A stretch of 12,610 nucleotides of DNA, from the NCBI GenBank assembly GCA_018238625.1, contig JABCSY010000111.1, positions 1 through 12,610 of the forward strand, read 5' to 3'. This DNA comes from Promethearchaeota archaeon. Lineage in GTDB: Archaea > Asgardarchaeota > Lokiarchaeia > Sigyniarchaeales > SOKP01. Below the pieces are notes generated by a model. The model saw only the letters and a list, made by a program, of their open reading frames with translations, had not been told where the DNA came from and did not search any database. A program made the translations under genes and the position numbers. This document shows, in pieces, positions 5,983 to 12,610 of this stretch (position 1 is its first letter; every line of letters begins with the position of its first letter).

Positions 5983-7272
5983 ATGAAATTCTCTATGGAA
6001 CGTTCAGATAACGAATTGAAATTCTCTAAATACTATCGATTAATTACGCCAAATGAATTTGATATTGATCGAGAAGATATTTTCTATCGCGATAAATACA
6101 ATGAAGTCATTAATTATTTGAAAATAATGTTGACAAACCACGAGGAGTCAATTATCCAGAGTTATGCTAAATTTATACAACCAAAAGGCACTCTTCTAAT
6201 TAACATAAATTCTGGAACTGATATTACTGATTATTTAAAATTAATTTCAAATAATTATTATTTGGATTTTATTGAATTAAATCAAGAGGAAATCGTTAAA
6301 TCCCCTGAAGATTTTTTTAACAACTTTATATCCATTCTAGAAAATATTGTTAGGAATAAGGAAATATTAGTAAAAAATGATATCGAAAATGGCAAAGTAT
6401 CCCCGATAAATGAATATAAAAAAGAAGAAAGCAAAATAAAAAGATTGTTGGTGATTAATCAACATAATTTTTCTGAGGTTTTATTAAAAGAAAAAAATCT
6501 ATTGGAACACTTTATAGTTTCTTTTAAAGAAAAGAAGTCACTAATAAAAGACGGCTTAATTTTAATCTGGATCAATAATAAATTTCAAGAAATCGAAACA
6601 AATTCAAGATTGATTTTTGAAGCTTTTGATTTGTTCATAAAAATCCCTTTGATAGATAAAATCGAAAGAGAGACTATTTTAAGAAACTTTTCAGAAAAAA
6701 ATCCGAAAATCGTTTTTGATATTAAAACCTTAGTAGAATACACCAGTAATTGGGAAGTTAAAGACTTAAACCGATTATTGAGAGTGGGCATATTTAAACA
6801 CTTCCTTAATTCGGAGTTAAACGAATCAAGCAACGAAATTACAGATATATTAATCAACTTAATAGAATCTGGCGAATTTATACCCTCATTTTCCAAAACA
6901 ATTACTGAAAGGGAAGTTATATACGGAGGGACTAACGACAAACAAAATTTGATTTCTAATATTTCAACGAAAGAAAGAAATGAGATAATAAATACTACTA
7001 ATATCAAAAGTTTTATAGACCAGATAAAAGAAGAGAGGGTTTCAGATTTTATACTAAGCCAATTATACGAAAGTGCCGCTTCTAAGAATTATAGTGAGGT
7101 TTTACTTATAATAGACAAGTTGAATAAGCAAGAACCGCTAGAAGAGAACGATAGAAAGATTTTGGCTAAATATTCTTTCGTTTTAAACGATAGCCCCAAG
7201 ATGGCTCAAATTAATTTAGAAAAGGCTAAAAAGCGTATTGATAATTTAAAACGAGCATTTGGAAAACAATAA
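5983..7272 (+). CDS. degenerate AAA+ domain protein (probable pseudo-ATPase, classical CDC48/Vps4/PAN-like fold)
   Basis: The AAA scaffold is recognisable: QPKGTLLI(NINSGTDIT)...FIELNQEEI...RLLVIN...FDLFIKIPLIDKIERETIL...DIKTLVEYTSNWEVKDLNRLL. Walker A GxxGxGKT, Walker B DE and the arginine finger are all absent. Confidence 0.7.
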   Translation: MKFSMERSDNELKFSKYYRLITPNEFDIDREDIFYRDKYNEVINYLKIMLTNHEESIIQSYAKFIQPKGTLLININSGTDITDYLKLISNNYYLDFIELNQEEIVKSPEDFFNNFISILENIVRNKEILVKNDIENGKVSPINEYKKEESKIKRLLVINQHNFSEVLLKEKNLLEHFIVSFKEKKSLIKDGLILIWINNKFQEIETNSRLIFEAFDLFIKIPLIDKIERETILRNFSEKNPKIVFDIKTLVEYTSNWEVKDLNRLLRVGIFKHFLNSELNESSNEITDILINLIESGEFIPSFSKTITEREVIYGGTNDKQNLISNISTKERNEIINTTNIKSFIDQIKEERVSDFILSQLYESAASKNYSEVLLIIDKLNKQEPLEENDRKILAKYSFVLNDSPKMAQINLEKAKKRIDNLKRAFGKQ

Positions 7273-7289
7273 ATAAGGGATGAGAAAAA

Positions 7290-10200
7290 ACGGCTGTTTC
7301 TTCTGTAAATAAAGCTAAGGAAAACGATAAAAGTCAAGCGATAAAAAATAGTGTTTTTATCCGTAAAGTTATTTTAGAGAATTTCTTATCTTTTCAAAGA
7401 GACGAAGTGGATTTCTTGGCTCTGAAAGGCCAGGATGTACCTCGCTTTATTTTAATAGTAGGTCCGAATTGGAGCGGGAAAACCTCAGTTTTTCAAGCAA
7501 TTAAATTTGCTTTAGGTAGTAACGAAAGAGACGAGCGTTATAAGAAATGGTCTGATTTTATAAGAGATGGGCAGGATCATGCTATGGTGGAGCTTCATGT
7601 TCAATACCATAATGAAGTAGTTAAAATAAGAAGAACGGTAATAAGAGGAAAGTCTCCATCTTTTGAGATTCAGTTAGAAAATGATAAAAATTTCAAAAAG
7701 GTTCACGCAATTGAAATTCAAAAACTTGTGTCAAAGTTAGAAATTAATCCAGATAATCAATTTGCATTTGTAAGCCAGGGCAAAATCGATACTATTAAAA
7801 GTTTAAAACCGATCGAACTCTGTTCCTTTTTAGAAGAGGGAATTGGGCTTAAAGGTTTACGAGAGGAGATTTTACAACAAAAGAATAGCGTATATACATT
7901 AAACACGGAGTTTAAATCTTTAATTACCCGGAAAAATTCTTTAAATATAAACCTCGACTTCTTAATGCCAAAATTAGAACGTTTAGATGAGAAAAATAAA
8001 TTACTAAAAATTAGAAAAAAGTATAACGATGAACTATTGTGGGCAAATAAGAGCATGCTTCAGAAAGACATTGAAGTTCTCGAGTTAAACGTCAAAAAAA
8101 GCCAAGATCAGATAAATATAATTACCAATGAAATCGACAAGTATCGAAATTTAATCAAAGAAAAAGAGAAAAAGATTTCTGAAATAGATAGCAACCTTAT
8201 TAGTTCATCAAAAAAAGTAGGAGAATTAAATTACAGAAAAAAGGAATTAGTTAATAAAATAGATGCGTGGCAAAATGAAAAAATAAGAGCAAAGCAAGAA
8301 TTGGACGTCTTATCTGAAAAAATCTCTGAATATGAAAAAAAAATAGATAAGCTAGAAAAGCACAGGAAAAACATAACAAGTGAGATCGACATAGTTAAAA
8401 AGAAGAAAATTTCAATTAAAAGCAAAATTGATAAATTAATTAAAGAACAAAATGAAATTACGCTAAAGATTAAAGAAAATCAAGATTTTTTAGAAAAATA
8501 TAACCAGTTAGCCTATGAAAAGGAAAATTATGTCAGGAAAATCCAAGACAACGAAAACAATATTAAAAATATTAAAAGAGACATCAATGATATTTTTCAG
8601 AGTTTGACCGACATAGATTACAAACTAGAAAAGAATAGGTGGTTTTTAGAAAATCCTACAAACGATTTGTTGACTCAACTAGATAAGGACCTTAAGGAAG
8701 TAACCGTAAACTTATTTAAATTAATATCTGAAGTGGAACAGTTAGAATACGAAAAAACAAAAAAGATTACAAAATTCAAACTACTTCAAACTGCGTTAAG
8801 AGAACGCAAGATTGTTCTTTCAGCTAATATCAACATTCTTAAAGAGGAAATTAAGAAAAGAGAACTTGCCGATAGAGTTAAAGGCCCAATAATTGAATAT
8901 TTAAAATACGACGACGAGTTAAGCTATGCTATTGAATCAGTTTTGGGAGAAAGGTTACTTAATAGCTTTATTGTGAACGATTGGGATACTCTAAATTTAA
9001 TAGAGAAATTAAAAAAGAAATATAATGCTTATTGCAACATATACATACCTAAGGATGTCAGAGTTGCTCCATTACCAAAGATTATGGCGCAGGGCGTAAT
9101 TGGCTATTTAGCGGAATTAATTAAAGTTGTTGGCGGCGATTTAGACGTTCAAAAAATTATTTATTCAAAAATTAAAAATTGTGTTGTTGTCAGGGATTAC
9201 ACCTCCGCAAAAGAGCTCTATAGAAGCCATAATTTCAAAGGTAAGTGTGTGACTTTAAAAGGAAAACAAATTATATCATACAAATACGCATACGAAAGTC
9301 CATTTATAAGACGGTTAAAAGGGCTATTAAGTCCAGGAACTCAAAAAGAACAATCAAACCTTTTAGAAAAAGAAATTGAATCGCTAAACGAGAAGAATTT
9401 AGAGTTAAAAGTAAAGCAATCACAGTTAGATAAGGTACAAGGTGAGATTTTCAGGAAAAAAGAATCGTTTAACGACCTTTTATACAACTTCAAACAAAAA
9501 GAAAGGCTGACTTCAAAAAAAAATCAGTTTTATAATTTAATTTATACATTAGAACAAAATATTACCGAGACAAACGAGAAAATTGAAGACATAGTAAAAA
9601 AAATAAACGAGTTAGAATCACAAAAAGAACCCGAGTTTTTTAAATGGAACGAAAGGATAAAGGAAATACCTATCGAACTAAACAATCTAAACAATGATTT
9701 AAACAAATGGGATACGAAATTAGATGGTAATCTAGGAACACTAAAAGATATTGACGTAAGGATAAACCCCCATAAAAACGAATTAAGAATATTAAAAAAA
9801 GATTTCGATTTAAAAAAAGTAAATTTCAAAAACTCGGATAAAAAAGCATTTGAAATTTATAGAAAATTAGAAACTGTTGATGAAGAGATTAGCAAGGTTA
9901 ACGCTAATATCTTAAATTTACAAAACCAAAAAATTGTATTTCAAAAAGATAAGAGCGAAATCGATGAAAAGCACATTCAAATTAAATTAAGCTTGGAGCA
10001 AGAAAGTTTTAAGCGATCTTCTATAAAACTTGAATTGGGAGCGAAGAAAAACGATTTAGAACGTATCAATTCTGAAATAGGTCCCTTAATTTCAGAAAAA
10101 AGAATGGAGATTCGCCCAATAGAGGAAATTGATCAGGACATTCTAATAATCGCCAAAAAGCTTTTAAATTATTTAGATGTTAATGATTCGATTTTAGTAG

Positions 10201-10784
10201 AAAAAGAACAGATTTTAACTGGGCTAAAGGAAATCACTAAAAATCAGAAAGACATAGAAAGAGACATTAAAGCTGCGATTAAAACTGAAAATAAACTGGA
10301 AGAAACTTACTACAACAAATTTAAATTGGTATTAAAAGACTTAAATTTAAAAATTAATCAAAAATTTATTTCCGCAAACATTAAAGCGTATTGTACTCTG
10401 GATTTAATGGGAAATTTTGAAGCATTGGGAATAGATATTAAAGCCGCCATCTCTAAGGATAAATTAAAATCTTGCACCGCTTTAAGCGGAGGTCAAATTT
10501 CGATGATTTCTATTAGCTTAATTTTATCGCTTCAGGAGATCAAACCCTCTCCATTATGTATGTTTGACGAGGCAGGAATGTTTTTAGACGAAAAGAATTC
10601 CGAAGCTTCGTATCAAATGATAAGAACAACGATTGAGCATAATGCTATTCAAATGTTAATGTTTCTACCAAAATCTTCAAATCCATTATATTTACTGGCT
10701 GATAAGTTAATTGGAGTCGCCAGAGTTGGCAAAAACGAAGTATCGACTATTTTTAATCCTAAAATCGTGAAAGAAAGCAAATGA
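7290..10784 (+). CDS. smc: SMC5/6-type SMC ATPase (true start lies upstream of the called GTG at 7407)
   Basis: In-frame upstream strand FIRKVILENFLSF (7356-7394). Walker A GPNWSGKTS, Q-loop NPDNQFAFVSQGKI, long coiled coils and a central hinge (VKGPIIEYL...AIESVLG). Signature LSGGQ, Walker B/D-loop PSPLCMFDEAGMFLD, and switch region QMLMFLPK with Pro in place of His, as in SMC5/6. Confidence 0.9.
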   Translation, partial: TAVSSVNKAKENDKSQAIKNSVFIRKVILENFLSFQRDEVDFLALKGQDVPRFILIVGPNWSGKTSVFQAIKFALGSNERDERYKKWSDFIRDGQDHAMVELHVQYHNEVVKIRRTVIRGKSPSFEIQLENDKNFKKVHAIEIQKLVSKLEINPDNQFAFVSQGKIDTIKSLKPIELCSFLEEGIGLKGLREEILQQKNSVYTLNTEFKSLITRKNSLNINLDFLMPKLERLDEKNKLLKIRKKYNDELLWANKSMLQKDIEVLELNVKKSQDQINIITNEIDKYRNLIKEKEKKISEIDSNLISSSKKVGELNYRKKELVNKIDAWQNEKIRAKQELDVLSEKISEYEKKIDKLEKHRKNITSEIDIVKKKKISIKSKIDKLIKEQNEITLKIKENQDFLEKYNQLAYEKENYVRKIQDNENNIKNIKRDINDIFQSLTDIDYKLEKNRWFLENPTNDLLTQLDKDLKEVTVNLFKLISEVEQLEYEKTKKITKFKLLQTALRERKIVLSANINILKEEIKKRELADRVKGPIIEYLKYDDELSYAIESVLGERLLNSFIVNDWDTLNLIEKLKKKYNAYCNIYIPKDVRVAPLPKIMAQGVIGYLAELIKVVGGDLDVQKIIYSKIKNCVVVRDYTSAKELYRSHNFKGKCVTLKGKQIISYKYAYESPFIRRLKGLLSPGTQKEQSNLLEKEIESLNEKNLELKVKQSQLDKVQGEIFRKKESFNDLLYNFKQKERLTSKKNQFYNLIYTLEQNITETNEKIEDIVKKINELESQKEPEFFKWNERIKEIPIELNNLNNDLNKWDTKLDGNLGTLKDIDVRINPHKNELRILKKDFDLKKVNFKNSDKKAFEIYRKLETVDEEISKVNANILNLQNQKIVFQKDKSEIDEKHIQIKLSLEQESFKRSSIKLELGAKKNDLERINSEIGPLISEKRMEIRPIEEIDQDILIIAKKLLNYLDVNDSILVEKEQILTGLKEITKNQKDIERDIKAAIKTENKLEETYYNKFKLVLKDLNLKINQKFISANIKAYCTLDLMGNFEALGIDIKAAISKDKLKSCTALSGGQISMISISLILSLQEIKPSPLCMFDEAGMFLDEKNSEASYQMIRTTIEHNAIQMLMFLPKSSNPLYLLADKLIGVARVGKNEVSTIFNPKIVKESK

Positions 10785-11431
10785 CAGAAAATATAGATTT
10801 ATCAGAGGAATTAAATAAAAAGATCGAAATTATTAAGGATGACGTTCTTTCAGGCAAAATTTCCTTGTTAGAATTAGAATTGAACCCTCTATTTCATGAT
10901 CTTAAAGATTCACTTAGCATTTTCAACATCGAAAATTATTCTGTAACCTACAAAAATGCGTGCGAATTACTCAACGAAAAATTCGAGGAACTAAAGAAAT
11001 TACTCAGTTCTTTAAATATTGACGAAAAATTCTTTGAATATATGAGGACTCGCCCTGAGGATGAGGAGATATTCGATATTTTTAAAGGATGTTGGAGGAA
11101 AGTTTTCTACATGGATGGAATGTCCATAAATTTCTTGGAGTACGCTTCAGATCGTTTTTGTAAAGAAAGAACGGTGGATTTAGAGATTAAGCATTTGAAA
11201 AAAGGAAAAATAGACGACCAATTTTTATTAGAAATTCCAAAATATAAATTTACTGAAAAAATGACATCATTCTTTAATAAAATTAAAGAAAAACTCCCAT
11301 GTTATTTTGAAGATGTTTTTGATGATGGGCTAGATCAAATGGAAGTCTACGAATATTTTGTGTACTTATTGCACCTTTTACAGCTAGGCAAAATAAAATA
11401 TGAAAAAAATACAAATACATTATATATTTGA
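10781..11431 (+). CDS. kleisin subunit (ScpA/Nse4-like)
   Basis: ATGA overlap with smc. The C-terminal winged-helix pattern FEDVF...VYEYFVYLLHLLQLGKIKYE is typical of kleisin C-termini. Confidence 0.7.
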   Translation: MTENIDLSEELNKKIEIIKDDVLSGKISLLELELNPLFHDLKDSLSIFNIENYSVTYKNACELLNEKFEELKKLLSSLNIDEKFFEYMRTRPEDEEIFDIFKGCWRKVFYMDGMSINFLEYASDRFCKERTVDLEIKHLKKGKIDDQFLLEIPKYKFTEKMTSFFNKIKEKLPCYFEDVFDDGLDQMEVYEYFVYLLHLLQLGKIKYEKNTNTLYI

Positions 11432-11444
11432 GGTTACAAAAAAA

Positions 11445-11960
11445 ATGAATGAAATTTCAATCCTAATGCATTTATTAAGTAGAAAGAAAAGTTTATATCA
11501 AATAGGAGCTACAAAAGAAGATATTTTAGAACAATTAAATGCGAATCATAAGAACAAATCTATTTATTTCCAAAACCTAATTACTGGACTATCAACTTAT
11601 CTTGAACCACTAGGTTTTCAGATTAGGTTTAATCCTTTAGATTCTCATTGGTTTTTAAATTATGATCCTGAAATTTCGGAATTGATTTCAGCTAATCCCT
11701 TCGAAGGAAAGCCGAGTTTGGCAGCAACGCTATTATGTACATTAACTTTATGCCTTAAAAATTCGGGTGTTTCTTCAATTCATGAGATTAGTAAATTAAG
11801 ACGCAAGAAAGATGTAAATGAAGATTTAAAAGCATTAGAAAAAAAAGGATATCTTTTAATTGATAAAAATAGCGGCCATGTATCATTGACTCCTTTGATA
11901 GGCTATCAATTAGATATGCATAAGGTGTTTGTAAAATTAGCCTTAAAATTAAAAGAATAA
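11445..11960 (+). CDS. KITE-family tandem winged-helix subunit (Nse1/Nse3/ScpB-like)
   Basis: Follows the kleisin. GAGGT at 11430-11434 precedes ATG 11445, preferred over 11400. Two winged-helix-like halves: FQNLITGLSTYLEPLGFQIRFNPLDSHWFL and DLKALEKKGYLLID...VSLTPL. Confidence 0.68.
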   Translation: MNEISILMHLLSRKKSLYQIGATKEDILEQLNANHKNKSIYFQNLITGLSTYLEPLGFQIRFNPLDSHWFLNYDPEISELISANPFEGKPSLAATLLCTLTLCLKNSGVSSIHEISKLRRKKDVNEDLKALEKKGYLLIDKNSGHVSLTPLIGYQLDMHKVFVKLALKLKE

Positions 11961-11984
11961 GAGAAAAAACATAAATTTATTGAT

Positions 11985-12610
11985 TTAACGAGATGTTGTT
12001 ATCTCTAAAATCATCTCGGCAACATGGTTATTGAATTCCTCAACCTCTTCAAAATTAGAAACAGTTTCACCGCAAGTTATAAAATAATCAGAAACCGATA
12101 TTTTTCTTTTATTAAAGAAGTTAGTAATCTTGCTTTTAATATCTTCTAAACCTTTATCTCTGTCTCCCTCAAGTAAATCAATTTTGTTTATACAAACGGA
12201 TATCTTTTCAGGAAAGAACCTAACATCTGTGAAAAATTCAAATTGTCTTTCAAGTTTACGATCCAAAGAAAATACAGCTATAATCTGAGTTGCGATACGA
12301 GAGATAGTAATTATTCCCATTTTAACAACTGCCCTTTGCCGATCTCCTCCTGGGGCGAAGATGGTATGTGCTTTTCCCGATTTATCTTCTCTAAAAACAA
12401 TTCTATTTGGATGAATTGTTTTAGTTTCTTTTTGATTAAGAGAATCTTCTTTATCCCCTCTGGGCACTGTTGCTTCTCCAGAAAAATCAGTCTTTATCAC
12501 TGTACATTTCTGTCCTCCTTTAACTTTTTCTATGTCACCAACTTTTAAATATCTTACGAAAAGACGGAGAATACTAGTTTTTCCGACAGATATATCACCT
12601 AAAAGCCCAA
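11985..12610 (-). CDS. Ras-superfamily-like small GTPase, 5' end outside the window
   Basis: The frame stays open beyond the called GTG at 12500 up to the window edge: GLLGDISVGKTSILRLF (G1 P-loop). Further motifs: TKTI (G2), IFAPGG (atypical G3), IIAVFS, INKID (G4) and ITCG (G5). Confidence 0.85.
   Translation of the reverse strand, partial: GLLGDISVGKTSILRLFVRYLKVGDIEKVKGGQKCTVIKTDFSGEATVPRGDKEDSLNQKETKTIHPNRIVFREDKSGKAHTIFAPGGDRQRAVVKMGIITISRIATQIIAVFSLDRKLERQFEFFTDVRFFPEKISVCINKIDLLEGDRDKGLEDIKSKITNFFNKRKISVSDYFITCGETVSNFEEVEEFNNHVAEMILEITTSR

Noticed and set aside
5983-11960. Wadjet (JetABCD) or MukBEF anti-plasmid system
   Set aside because: There is no JetD/Toprim nuclease, the gene order is SMC-kleisin-KITE, and the head motifs are SMC5/6-like.

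Overview
AT-rich window that looks mostly archaeal, most likely Asgard (Lokiarchaeia-like); this is inferred from gene content, not from a search. From left to right it holds: (1) about 580 bp of apparently bacterial (Bacteroidota-like) DNA encoding a DUF1573 protein, joined abruptly to the rest; (2) a small ORF and an 869-aa protein with three zinc-ribbon repeats and a C-terminal Vsr/EDxHD-like endonuclease domain; (3) a divergent acr3-arsR arsenic-resistance pair; (4) a hydrolase remnant, a 46-aa ORF and a perfect 26-bp palindrome; (5) an operon of a degenerate AAA+ protein, an SMC5/6-type ATPase, a kleisin and a KITE-like protein; (6) the 3' part of a small GTPase. Main finding: acr3 is interrupted at 3651-3681 by a 31-nt stop-containing insertion. 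The pre-mRNA can fold into a canonical bulge-helix-bulge (3-4-3) motif, and its predicted cut sites restore exactly the conserved C-terminal motif (MGLF-WEVPVML) and a 352-aa protein. This is a candidate tRNA-endonuclease-type intron in an mRNA other than cbf5. It lies about 190 bp from a free-standing homing-endonuclease-like gene, which suggests collaborative homing.
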